A DNA stretch of 64,000 nt, taken from assembly GCA_020137815.1 (NCBI GenBank), contig CM035357.1, forward strand, positions 6,262,001-6,326,000, in the 5' to 3' direction. Numbering within the stretch: position 1 is the first letter of the stretch; every line of letters begins with the position of its first letter. The stretch comes from Hormiphora californensis (taxonomy: Eukaryota; Animalia; Ctenophora). A program made the position numbers and the translations under genes. Below, piece by piece: positions 17,028-29,800 of the stretch. The notes under the pieces were generated by a model, which had not been told where the DNA came from, ran no database searches, and saw only the letters and a list, made by a program, of their open reading frames with translations.

Positions 17028-17798
17028 CTAAGATTTCCCCCCGAATGATGGGTCAGGATCGGTGGATGGTTTGCTCGCCCACTCACTAAACTTCCACTCC
17101 CTTGCCACGAACTCCTCCGGGCACATAGCCAGTAACTCCGTCACCATCTGCAACATACCCTTCTCGGGGGTGTACCACCCGTTCTCTGTTGCCTGATCAA
17201 AATACTGCACGTGCGGTAGGTCGAGGGCCCGGGCCTTTGCGACGTGGTCCCTGACACCCTCTGTATCAACCATTCCCGGGGAGAACGATCCACAAGGCAC
17301 ACCGAGATCCTCAGCATTAATCTGTCTCCACAGACGATGGAATGCTAGTTTTGAGATCCCGTATGTAAGTGATCCTGGTTGGGGGTTGTGGGCTACTGAT
17401 GTACCAAGGTGGAGAATTCGGCCCTTGCCTCTCTGGAGAGCGGGGAGAAAGGCCTGTGTTAGTGCAAGTGGGGCAATTAGGTTTACCCTCAGGGCATCCT
17501 CAAGGTGAGCCAGATCAACGTCAGGTAAAAAGGCTGGATCACCTATGGCCGCATTTTGAACTAGAACTGCCACTTCTGCGTTCTCGGGTAGAGAATTCAC
17601 CAGCCGATCCCGGTCTTCGGTACTTGAAATATCGGCCTGGACTATCGTAACATTTTCTGGCTTCAGAGAATCGGATTTTGTTTGTTGTAGCGGATCAAAC
17701 CGGCGACCACAGGTTAATATTTGGTAGGATTGACTAAAATGTTTGACAAATGCCCTTCCAATACCACCTCCACCACCAGTTACTACCATCCATTGCAT
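17028..17798 (-). CDS. Short-chain dehydrogenase/reductase (classical SDR), single exon, 256 aa
   Basis: Rossmann TGGGGGIG motif, GRR (NADP-type), NAAI, catalytic YGISK (YxxxK) and PGMVDT. Uninterrupted ORF. Confidence 0.9.
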   Translation of the reverse strand: MQWMVVTGGGGGIGRAFVKHFSQSYQILTCGRRFDPLQQTKSDSLKPENVTIVQADISSTEDRDRLVNSLPENAEVAVLVQNAAIGDPAFLPDVDLAHLEDALRVNLIAPLALTQAFLPALQRGKGRILHLGTSVAHNPQPGSLTYGISKLAFHRLWRQINAEDLGVPCGSFSPGMVDTEGVRDHVAKARALDLPHVQYFDQATENGWYTPEKGMLQMVTELLAMCPEEFVAREWKFSEWASKPSTDPDPSFGGKS

Positions 17799-18481
17799 GA
17801 CTAAGAAAAGGTTAAATCATTTATCTATCGTCGTACGCAGTACGCTACTGGGATTTAACAATAGCACGGGGCGGTTCTCGTGGGCGGGTGGGGCCGAGGG
17901 CGGGCAGGGGCCAAATGTATCCACCCCTTCAAGTACCCTTGCTAGATGTGGGACTATTCACAGGGCACAGCGAAGCCCAGGGAGAGCAATGGCAGGGGTT
18001 AGCCCACGCCCCACGGCCCGCAAGCGGGGACTCGACTCTCGGGCTGTAATTTTCGCCCGTGAGCATTTTTTAAAAGTGTTGCGAAAGCGATGAGATTTTT
18101 TAGATCTGTTTTTTATGTCGCGATTACGAAATAATGGAACGCGCGAGTTGTGTTAATAAACGCTGCCTATAATTCATGTTCTTAAGCCGCGCGCTCAAAA
18201 GTCCAGTTTCCGAATTTTCTCGAAACTTTCTTAAAACTTTTTTGAAACTTCCTAAAATCTAGTCAAACGCTTCCTTCTCTCGCGCTGTGCCAAGCTTAAA
18301 TTTCAACCCATTCTGCATTCTACAGAGTTCTATGAGTAGGATAGCTTATCGACATTTTGTTACTATAATCAGGGAGCATACAGGAGCAAAGATTCGAAGG
18401 GGCAAGGCGCCACTGCGTAATGAGTTAGAAGCTGTTCATTACTAAAACTGAATTCTATTACATATTGTTTACATTCAGGAA

Positions 18482-20125
18482 ATGACAGATCTCGATGAAG
18501 AGCTAGAGAATACGTTACTTTACTCTGACGATGAATTTGACGTATCAAACGACTCCAAGATTGACCTTGCCGAAGAGGAGGCATTACTTGTTGACGATTG
18601 TTTCGGTTCTTTGAATCTGACACAGCTTGAGGTCGATCTGAATGTTACATTAGATAGCAGGGAGCTAATAGACTCAATCCAAGAGGAAGACGAAGCTGTT
18701 GAAGAATTAGATAAAACAATTTCTGTCCCTGAAACTACGCTAAAATCCCCAAATCCCGCATCAGCAGTTTCTGATGAAAGTACAGCTAATGTACAAAAAT
18801 CTTCTCAGTCAACAGTTAGCTCCGATAATGCTACATCTGATATATCATCAGATGTTCCTCCCACATCACCAGATAGTACTGAAAAGACGCCCTCTGCAGA
18901 CACCAAGATTGTGAAAACTGCCCCAAAAGACACTAGAGAACAAGTGCCAGTACCTGCTGAGGAAATTGTAAAAACTCCAAATGTATCTGAGAATGTGGAC
19001 CCACAATCAGCCACAGCGACTGAATCAGCGGCACCCTCAGATAAGCCGGTAAAAACATGTGACCACCTCTGCAGTGGACCCTGGACCCACAGTTGAACAA
19101 ACCTTCCACCCATCACCAGATACCGCTGTTGAGCAGCCCACCGGGCCACCTACCACTACAGACACACCAGTGCCCACTACCGTGGAATCAGCTCCAGAAA
19201 CATTGGATAATCAGAAGGATGTTGATAGTGTAGGTCAGGCAGCTGATGATAACAAAACAACAGTCAATTCGGTAGAAACTCCCTCAACTACCGAAACTCC
19301 CTCGTCAACTGAGGCTCCTTCAACTACCGAAACTCCCTCCTCAAGCTGAGGCATCTGTTGACACCCCGAACAAGTTAGCCAGGGACGCCATCTAAAGATA
19401 GCCAATCAGGAGATATATCTCCATATATGTGGCAGACGGTGGACGACTGGCAGTCCACCACCCCGCTAATGGAAGATAAGTTTGATACACCTCCACCCGT
19501 GCAACCAGTACCCCGCACAGAAACTCAAAACGGTCACTGTCAGCAAAACGATCAAAACGAACTGCCTAATAAGCGAGGTCGTTCGTCATCTGACGAGGAA
19601 AACCGGTCAAAACGACCGAAACCTGTCGGAACACCTGAACCAACTGAACAAGCAAAAACTGTTAAGAACAGCACCACAAATAATAACTCTACCAAACCAC
19701 AATCTCATATAACTTTTGATTTCTCTAAATACATTAAAAATCCTCCTCCCAGCTCTGACCAAGATACTAGTAGTAACTACCAGTGTGTTAAATGTGGTAT
19801 TAAATTTAGTGACCCTGTCAAATTTGAAGGTCATGTAACTGCAAACCATGCAATATCTCTCAAAATATGCGAGTTCACTGTAGACTTACATAACAAATAC
19901 GTTAGTGACCATAAACGTTCGACTAGCATGAAATCAGCTAATTGTTGCCTTCCTAGATTAGTTAAGGATAGTGTAGTCGAACAGGCGACTGTAGATGAGT
20001 ACTATAGAATTGTGAAATTCATACCCTCCTCAAAATACTTCATGTGTGTCAAATGCGAGAGCATCTATTACACTAAAAATCTCATTTTGGAGCATTTGAA
20101 ATCTCCAAAACACAAATTAGTTTGA
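18482..20125 (+). CDS. Intronless acidic/Ser-Thr-Pro-rich protein with two C-terminal C2H2-type zinc fingers (frameshifted as assembled)
   Basis: Three consecutive ORF pieces join if single extra bases near 19051, 19345 and 19389 are removed. Fingers are YQCVKCGIKFSDPVKFEGHVTANH and FMCVKCESIYYTKNLILEHLKSPKH. Bipartite basic motif KRGR...RSKRPK. Confidence 0.65.
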
Positions 20126-20369
20126 TTTTTTCATTTGAAGAAAGTGAATTTTTACCCCAGATATACTTTTGTCATACGTGTGTACACAATTTTAATTTTA
20201 TTTACAAATCAACGAGTTTACTATGTGTGTACCTATTCGAGAACCCTCCCCTCTCCGAAATAATCTCCCTCCCCTCTCCGAAATCATCTCCCTCCCTTCT
20301 CCGAAACCATCTCCCTCCCCTCCCCCCTTTCTTTGTGTACTAACTATCTTTCCTTATTTAGTAGCTGTC

Positions 20370-23300
20370 ATGGGTTCGAATCAATCGACACCCAGCGAGG
20401 AAAGTTCTGAGATTATCCTCGAAAATGATGAAGATGGATCTGTCAAGGTCAGTTATAATTAGATAATTAATTAAGTAACTAATCACTGTGGCAGTTTGTT
20501 TTGCTTCAACCATACTTCTCCTCTAATACACATCATAAATCAAGTCTTCCCTTTGTCAGGTCCTAAAACGGTCTCTTTCTACCGAGGAGCTATCCGAGAT
20601 CACCGAGAAAATGAAAGATCTTGATGGTGCACCTGTAAGTCTTTTTTAAATTTTGACAAACTTCTATTCTGCTGTATATGATCATGATTCTCCTTGGTAC
20701 TTGGTGCTAAGAAATTGCTAATACTTCACCCTTCAGTCGTTAGATTCGGATCTCATTAAGTCGATAGCATCAGATCTGGGTATTGCTATCTCACTGGGGG
20801 ATGAGGATGATGAGGAGGAGGAGTATTATGAGGAGGAAGAGGACCTAGTAGATTTAATAGAACCACTTCAGTTGCCAGGTATGTTGCAATAACTCTAGAA
20901 CTATATCAGTTTTAATTTCTGCGAGGGATAAGTTTCCAGGTCAAAGGGGGTTGAGGGGTAAATCTCGTCTCCGACTTCCGTGCTCCAAGCACGGGTGTGA
21001 CAGGATTCCACATGTGAGGTGATGTGACGATTTCTTTATGTACAACTAAGCTTTCTCACATCATTCTCAGATACACCTATGTTTGTGGGAGGTACGTCTG
21101 AAGATGCCATGAGTGCTGTCGGTGTTCTCCAGCTAGAACCCTTCCCCGCTCCTTTACCAGGTTTTACACCATTGGTCACCACTTCTCAATTCTCATTAAA
21201 TCGCTTTACCATTAAAATCCTTGATCTTTGCACCAGAAATATTAACTTCGTTTACAAACCCCTATAAAACGCTGGTTAGGACCCACGGAATTCAACCAAA
21301 CTGATGTGGATGTGTTGCAAGCTGAGGTGGACAGTTTACAGGAGGAAGTAGGGAGGTTAGAAGATGAATACAAGTCTTCTAAACTAGATGAAGATACCAC
21401 TCTGGAACCGATTACTGTATCAACTGAAATTCATAAAGTGATTGAAGAGAAGCAGATACCGGAGCCAATCGAATTAGTTGAAGAGGAGCAAATACCGGAG
21501 CCAATTGAACCGATTACTGTATCCACTGAAATTCATGAAGTTGTCGAAGTGGAGCAAATACCGGAGCCAACTGAAGTTGTCGAAGTGGGGCAAATACCGG
21601 AGCCAATAGAAGTTCTATCCTGTGAAGGAGGGGATGAAGATATGATAATAGGTCCGCTAAGTGTAACATTACCTCCATAAAAACCTTCTTTTCTCATAAA
21701 AAGTTCTTCATTCTCCACTTGATTGGTGTGGTTAGTTATGCTATATTTGTCTGAAAACTAAATTACTATCTATTATTTTCAGAGGCTGAGCCTTTATTGG
21801 AGGTGCCTACTGAACCCTCTCCTGAAATTGAAGAGATTGCACAAGTCGAAGGTAAGAGCCACTATAATTTATTCTTCAAGTAAAAAAGTCGCATAACGGC
21901 TACAATTATCAATTAAATACCTATCATTACTTTTTAAAACCATTGAAACCTTTCAGAAGAGCAACCAAAGTATGTTTCTGAAGTTGTCCCTGAGGTAGTC
22001 CCTGAAGTTGTCCCTGAAGTTGTCTCTGAAGTTGTCCCTGAAGTTGTCCCTGAAGTACTTCCTGAAGTAGTTCCTGAAGTAGTTCCTGAGGTAGTTGAGA
22101 ATGAAATAAGCACACCCGAAGTCCTCGTTTCAGAAGGTAAGGTCACTATGAGGGGGGCTGGGGGCTGTGAAGTTGTGACGCTGAAAATGTTGTCATTGTG
22201 TTTTACCACTATATTTTGCTGTTACTAACAATTCCAACATTTAACCATTGCTCTGATCAGAAGACAACGTTCTGCCCACTGGGGTAGAGGAGGGGTCATC
22301 AGGACAGGGGTATGGTGAAATGGTTGAAGTTCCAGAAGCTGTTGAAAATATTGACAATACGGTTCAAGCTACAGTAATCAAAGATTCAAACGTAACAATA
22401 TACATAATGAACAATGAACCACCTGAACCTGCTGTGGTGTCTATCATGGAAGTCACGCCTAAAGTTGAGGAAGTACTTGAAACTGTGGCTGAAGTCACGC
22501 CTGAAGTTGAGGAAGTACTTGAAACTGTGGCTGAAGTCACGCCTAAAGTTGAGGAAGTACTTGAAACTGTGGCTGAAGTCACGCCTGAAGTTGAGGAAGT
22601 GCTTGAAACTGTGGCTGAAGTCACGCCTGAAGTTGAGGAAGTACTTGAAACTGTGGCTGAAGTCACGCCTGAAGTTGAGGAAGTACTTGAAACTGTGGCT
22701 GAAATCACGCCTGAAGTTGAGGAAGTACTTGAAACTGTGGCTGAAGTCACGCCTGAAGTTGAGGAAGTACTTGAAACTATGACTGAAGTCACGCCTGAAT
22801 TTGAGGAAGTACTTGAAACTGTGGCTGAAGTCACGCCTGAAGTTGTGGAAGTACTTGAAACTGTGGCTGAAGTCACGCCTGAAGTTGAGGAAACAATTGA
22901 AACTGTGGCAGAAGTCACGCCTAAAGTTGAGGAAACAATTGAAACTGTGGCTGAAGTCACGCCTGAAGTTGAGGAAACAATTGAAACTGTGGCCGAAGTC
23001 ACGCCTAAAGTTGTGGAAGTACTTGAAGTCACGCCTGTGAGCTCTGAAGTCGTGGAAGTACTGGAAGTGGTGGCTGAAGTCACGCCTAAAGTTGAGGAAA
23101 TAATTGAAGCTGTGGCTGAAATTGTGGAAGCCTATATTGAACCAGTTACTACGCCAGTTGAGCAATCTGATCCGGTTGTTGAATCTGCTTTAGTTGAACT
23201 GGAGCCTTTATTGGAGCTGGTACCAGACGAAATAACCAAAGAACTAGGTTGGCATAACCGTTGCACCTGCCTTTTCTAACTCTGATTTACCCAAATTGAA

Positions 23301-24650
23301 AATGTTATCTGCAATTCCAAATGAATCTTGATTCTCTGGTGCTGTTTCTTGTTGAAATGAAAAATATTTCGCTGTCTTCGTAATAACTTTTTCCCTCCGA
23401 AAACTCTTGCATGCCACTTTTTGATTCTTGATTGTGTGTTTTGTCTTATCATGATCTAAAAAGTAAAATCATAATCTAACTTTGTGACCCATTTTTGCAG
23501 AAGAAGAAGTTCAACCATTAGAAGTGGAGCCAGTCTTTGTTTCTGAACCCTGAACCTGTCTTGGAACCTGAACCTGAATCGATCCCTGGTAAGTTACATT
23601 GTCGGTATTGCTAGCTAGAGATATCTCATTAATTCTCAAGTTCAAGTTATCATGTGCTGATAATATATAATTGCCCAGATATACCAGCTGTAGTTGAATC
23701 TGAACCTGCTATTGAACCTGCTATTGAACAAACTATTAAACTAGCTGAAATTGTAGTCGCTGAACCTGCTGAAATTGTAGTCGCTGAACCTGCTGAACTA
23801 GCTACCGAGACTACTGAAGTAGATACTACACCTGCTGAGCTAGCTAGTGAATCCTGAAGCAAGTTGTGGAGCCGATTGTCGCTGCACCTGTTTTATCTGT
23901 GGAAACTCAGACAGAACCTGAACCTGTCGAAGGTATCAAGTCCGGCAAATCTATCATTCTCCTCTTTTTTCGAATTTGATTATTTCACCCTTATCTTTCT
24001 ACTTTCATTCAGTTGTGGTAGAGGAGGTTGAAGTGATAGTGGAAGTACCGGAACCTGTTATTTTGGAATCTGAACCAGTTTCAGTAGAGGTCGACCCTCA
24101 ACCAACAGAAGGTATGATGACTGAAAAACATATTTGTATTAATTGCATCTAATTCCTTGTATAATTGCTTATATTATTGTTCGTCCAGCAGGGGCCAGGG
24201 GGACGTGGTTGGTAACAGAACTAATGCCCTATCCTATTTCAGAAGAAAAGCCAGGTACTCGACCAAATATTTACCTTCATCTCGGACATCCTGGGACCTT
24301 CAGAATCTTCAGAAGATGCGCCCTTAGAACCTGAACCTACACCTGCAGAAAAACCTGAACCTACACCTGCAGTAGAACCTGTAATTGTGGAACCAGAGGT
24401 TGTGATATCTCCTGTTGTTGAAGAGCCAATCGAAACACCTGTTGAACCGGTGATACCTGTGGCTGAACCTGTGACAGTGATACCTGAGCCTGTCACACCA
24501 CCTGTCGCCGCACCTGTGGTAGAACCTGTGACACCTGTAACACCTGTGGTAGATAGGGAGGAACGGCTCTCTGAGTCGCTATTCGGGCAATTCAAGAAAC
24601 AAGAGGTAACACTTCCTTACTCTCTCAGCTCTCTTTCTCTAAAACTTCTT

Positions 24651-24749
<99 letters not shown>

Positions 24750-25655
24750 CAAACATGGTATAATAACACATCAGCCCCATTCTGACACGGACACGTTTAC
24801 AGGTTGAAAAGGTGATTATGGATGCCAAGTTGGAGGGTGCCAAGAGCCAAGCTAAAATTGATGCCGAGGTGATCTCTAGCTCCCTGAACAACGAACGAAT
24901 GAGGTGGCGAAATAAGTTTACCGTGATTGAGGAGAATGTAAGTGGGGGCTAATTAAGATATCATATTCAACTCAGCGCATAATATAATCTGGATTTCAAA
25001 TAATCATATTTTCTCTTTTACCCTGCAGTTGCAACGGAAAAAAGTTGATCTGATAGCAGCATACGAAGAGGAAGTGGCTGGAATTTCATCTAAGCTCAGG
25101 TATTTTGAAATCATTCTCGTGTATTCCAGTGATTCCTCATGCACCGCTAATCAAACCAGTCTGAGCTCCAAAACTCGGTTTTGCTATGTAATCCGGTAGT
25201 TTGGGAGCGCGCGGGGTCGTTGAACAGATAAAAGCGCGCCATTTCAGCAGTGCTACTGCGCGTCATGCCTCTGCACCGATGGCCCATGAAATAAAACTGG
25301 AACTGCCGGCGCTGGTGAACGCTCACGCTTTATATTTCCTGCTGTTATTGGAATAGAGTTAATTAACTATATTAGAAAATATAATTTTGATGACTTCCCT
25401 TTCAGGTCTCCAGTAGAGAAGGCGGTGTGTAAGGAGCAAGTGAGCGACATTGTACAGTGTTACCAGTCAAATCAAACCGAGGTGTTAAGGTGTCAAGAAC
25501 TCACTGTCTCATTTGATCAATGTGTATCTAATGCCCTGGTAAGTACTCTCAATGAAAGGAAATGATAACAATTCGGAATCGGGCTCAATGAAATGAACTG
25601 ATAAGATCAGCACTAATTCTGACAATAAATAATTCCCTCTCAGGCCTCGAGGTGA
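20370..25655 (+). CDS. CHCHD3: MICOS subunit MIC19/MIC25 (CHCHD3/6)-like protein with a very large acidic E/V/P/T-rich insert, ~1,050 aa, 16 exons
   Basis: Exon 1 (20370-20447) is MGSNQST...IILENDEDGSVK, an N-myristoylation MGxxxS motif and MIC19-like start. Coiled-coil exons at 24803-24937 and 25029-25099. Exon 25406-25538 encodes the twin-CX9C CHCH domain VCKEQVSDIVQCYQSNQTEVLRCQELTVSFDQCVSNA. Stop at 25653-25655. Apparent +1 frameshifts near 23550, 23855 and 24254. Confidence 0.72.
22450..23110 (+). repeat. Coding 42-bp tandem repeat (EVTPEVEEVLETVA), about 15 copies
   Basis: Unit GAAGTCACGCCTGAAGTTGAGGAAGTACTTGAAACTGTGGCT is repeated in frame inside exon 22261-23247. Confidence 0.92.
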
Positions 25656-25905
25656 TCTGGAAGCGGCGATTAACAGGGGTAGTACTCTACCCTGGACCCC
25701 TTAACTTGGATTGATGACTAAAACTGTCACACTGTGATTGTGGGAAACCTAGTAGTGATAAACTTTGTGTGTGTTCCCCTGCAGCCCCCCTAATTTATGA
25801 GAGATATCATGTTGTTTGTGTTTGTAAAACATTCTTAATTTATCCACCACTCTGGTCAAATCAGACAATCGTACAAGGTTCTGAAAAACAGAAATCCCAT
25901 CAGTA

Positions 25906-26009
25906 CACTATGCGGCGAGACGGACATTCCTAGTCGTTGTTCTCTTAGTTAAAGTAACAAACTCCCCCTGTTGCTACATGTCCGATTTTGAAGGTCTTGC
26001 CGCATAGTG
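25906..26009. mobile_element. Small inverted-repeat element (MITE-like)
   Basis: CACTATGCGGCGAGAC ... GTCTTGCCGCATAGTG, a 16-bp inverted repeat with 1 mismatch. Confidence 0.5.
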
Positions 26010-26875
26010 CAGTAGTTAGTTGGCAGCACACTGACATTCATTGTGACCTAATCCTCTACCACTGCAGCACCTCTGCCACTGTACCTTTTCCTGTAGCATA
26101 TTATGCGAACCACCCTCATGTTTTGTAAAATGTACTCCCCCCCGCTTATCACGTGATCATATTGTGTGAGTTTATCACGGCCCCCTCTGTCAGCTGGTGT
26201 GTGTCTAGGGATGGTGAGCTAATCTAGTACAGACACAGAGAGCACACATTATATTCAGTAAAAGTCTTTTTGTCTATGTGTTCGGTGCAGTTGTAGTAGT
26301 CAATGTCACCTTGGAACACACCTATAACACAGGTATGTATCAATCACTATATCGATGTATCTAGATCATGTTTATATCATGTTGATTTCCCTCAAACCTG
26401 GCTTTTTGCCCTTTTAATTGTGGTGGCAATTATCCCATATCACGATTGGCACAAAACGTGAAGCCACAATAGTTTACACTGACCCATATACTGATACTGA
26501 TATTGCAGCCATGCGCCGCCCCTCATATTGCGTCATGTTATTTCCCCTGCATATTATTTCTCTCTGTTTTAACTGATCTCTATATTTTGTCCAGGCACCT
26601 CCTTCTCGTTCAATTCCAGCACCAGGCAAGGTTAGTTCACAGCAATTAGGGGACCTAAAAGCAAATACCCTAGTTATAGATCACTGTCAATCTTGAAATT
26701 CGGTTCGCTTATTTCTGACCCGATTTTAATCCACAGCCTCGCATCATCCCCTAACACACACCTCCTATTTCAGTTTGGTTTACTGTCTGAGTTTCTAGAC
26801 ATCGGTGGCCGATTGAAGCAGGGCTATATCTGTTCCCCACCTGCACCTCTACCCGCACAGCTACAACCCGATATA

Positions 26876-29800
26876 ATGGGTGGAGACACAAACTTTATCA
26901 ACGCCGAGGATGTGTTTGATGACTCTGGTGTTGTTAAGCCAGGTAATATACAATTAACATATTCATCAGTTATGTCCCTTTTTGCCCGTCCCCGAAATAA
27001 TTTCCATTTCCATGCTCGAGCTCCAGATAACTCTTTCGAGCAATGTCTCCCTCACAGTCCACCCTTTCCTCCGTTTTAAACATCTCTCCTTCCCTTCAGG
27101 ATGTGAGGACATTGTAAAGAACGCAGTATTCATGTTACCTGACGGAACCCGATGTACTCTGGAGGACTTGATGCAGAGTAACACCATAGCTCCGGGGATA
27201 TTTAGTGGTGGTAGTCAGGATGAGGGAAGTGTCTCAATACCCCTTCAGACACCCCTGCCAGTACCAGAACCCTTCATGTTCAAGGGGGTTGAGGTAGTGA
27301 CTGGGAAGACGTACACTGCACACATCAATGGGATGAGTCATCCTGTCTCCATTCAGGGGTATGTGATAATGTCATGTGATATATGATCAGTCATGTGATC
27401 AGTAGTTAGTTCGGAGCTTGTTAGTTTTCCTTCCCCTGTTACTGTCTGGCGGTGCCCGATTTGATTATCAACAGTGCGCTCGGATGGGGTCTGCGGCGCT
27501 AGACAGTCCCCCTAGCTCTTGTTGAACCAACACAAACAATGAATAGTTACTACCAGTAGCAGGTTACCGACTCTTTCCCTTATTTCATTTCCTTCTTTTT
27601 ACCAATCTTCTCCCATACATTTCAGATCCCAGCTGTTCCGTATAGAGGATGACCCGGACCACATACTAGGTCTCTACAACTCCTCCTACTACCACATAAA
27701 CACCGTGACCCCTCTTATCATCAACCCAGCCCCTCCTCCTCTACATACCAACAACTACCATGACAAGTACAACTGACTTGAGGATGACAGGTCCAGTTGA
27801 TAGGGCAACCAGTCCATTTATGGAGGAACCAGTTGTTGTGAAGGAGCAGGTTCCTGTTGCTGTTAAGAAGGAGCAGGTTGCCTATAGCAACAGAAGATAC
27901 TCACGTCCCAACTGTTAGTAGTGACCACGCTACTCCTTTAGTTTACCAGATCACATTCAACACGATCCAAGAGGGACCTCTGAAGGGTGTTCCACTGTGT
28001 ACCAAGGGTTACCCACTAAGGGCTGGACCCTATGGACACTTCTTGTATCCAGCTAAATGATATTGGAGAAGTGGTTGGTCCTGACTGGTAAAGTGCTTCC
28101 TATTGGATCTGATGGTAAGGCTAAATGGCCCACCGACAAGGAGGGAGCCCCAATATTGCCCCAAACGATACAAAGTACCCCTCGGACCTGATGGATACCC
28201 TGTCCTACCTGACTGGCCGGCCCTTTGAGCCTTGTGGTCGTTCTCCAATGGACTCCACCAAGGGACCGCGACTAGCCATGGGACCTGGTAACGTGACATT
28301 GTACCCTATAAACAACGAGGGTATATCCTGTGATCTGGCTGGCAGACCATTCGCTCTCCTCTCTGATGGTAGACCTTGCTGGCCATGTAATGCTAATGGC
28401 TCCCCTGTGGACGCCGCAGAGAAGCCAGTACGATTAGGTAAGGATGGCTACCCTATTGACCTCAAGGGCCGGTTTCTCTCCCCTGGTGGCTGCATTGTTA
28501 TCAAGACAAAGATGCCCTACCCAGCTGAGAAAGAGATCCCCCTCCCTGGCTTCATTGCTCCACTGGTATCTCTAGGTGACTCCGTGGTTACCATCCCTTT
28601 CTCGGCTATATTTGATGCTGATGAGAAGATAAAGGAGGAATACAAGATGATGTTGAATGTCAAGGATGCCACCATTGCCGTTCCTTTCAAGTTCATGGAA
28701 CACGCCCCAGATCATGTCTTCAAAACCATTGTCACATCTCCAGTTGCCAGCCCTGGCTGTGGGTCTCCTGGACGGGGTGGGTGTAGCCACCGGTCACCCT
28801 TCAAACCATACTCCCCTGCTATCGCCTCACATTACCACTATAACACCTCTCCTGCTGCTACATATCAGCAACATGCTACTTCTCCCCAATACCACCATGC
28901 TACCTCTCCAGCCCGTACTGCTCCCACCACCCACCGCACCTCTCCCTACAACCCGTATGATAACAACAGCCAGCCACAGCGGCCAGTACAGCAACAACAT
29001 GTCTCCCCATACGGACCCCAACAACACTACCATACCTCCCCCTACGATGCCCAAACGTTCTACAAGAGTAGCCCACGACCTACCTGGGGAGAGAAGTCAA
29101 CCAAACGAGTTCCAGTTTTGTGCAAGCACCATTCTCCAGTTCAGAGTTCACCCAGTAAGCCGTGTCCCCATCCCATACACAGATCTCCAGGACGGTATAA
29201 GAACAACCCTGAAAAACAGGCCATGTACAACAGCCCTTATAACTCTCCAACAACATGCGCTCATGGGTACCCCTCTCCCTCATCCGTTGTAGGATCTCCC
29301 AAGACAGAGACCTATAACAACAACAACAATACTTGGACCGACACCTATAACAATACTAGGACCGACACCTATAACAATACGAGGACGGACACCTACACAA
29401 ACCGCAGCGACAACACCAACACAAAAACTGAGACATACAAATCCTCCCCCGGTCGGGCTGAGTTGTATAAGGGGTATGAGGTTCCAGGAACACCCACCAC
29501 ATCTCAACACGTTACAACTGATTTCCCAACTACAAATACCAATACCTCTGCTAGTGTTAGTGAGAAGCAGAGGAGGATAACACCTTTCTATGCTGTCTAT
29601 CTACACAACGAATGGGTCCAGGTAAGAACAAACTTTTTCAATGGTTTACAGTTAATATGATAGGGTGGTTCATATGATAGGGTGGTTCTCTTTGAGGGGA
29701 GACGCGAAACTCTGATACATATTGCCTCCCCTATCGCCCTAATAATAACATATTACCTCCCCTAACCAGATTGCGAAGAAGCACGCCAGACCCAGTAAAT

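Noticed and set aside
22364-23165. Long antisense and alternative-frame ORFs over the 42-bp array, with a superficial CRISPR-like periodicity
   Set aside because: The units are contiguous with no unique spacers, there are no cas genes, and the context is eukaryotic. The extra ORFs are by-products of a coding repeat.
25545-25625. Possible C/D-box snoRNA in the last MIC19 intron
   Set aside because: The C box is imperfect, there is no terminal stem, and the pattern is explained by a short local duplication (CTCAATGAAA twice).
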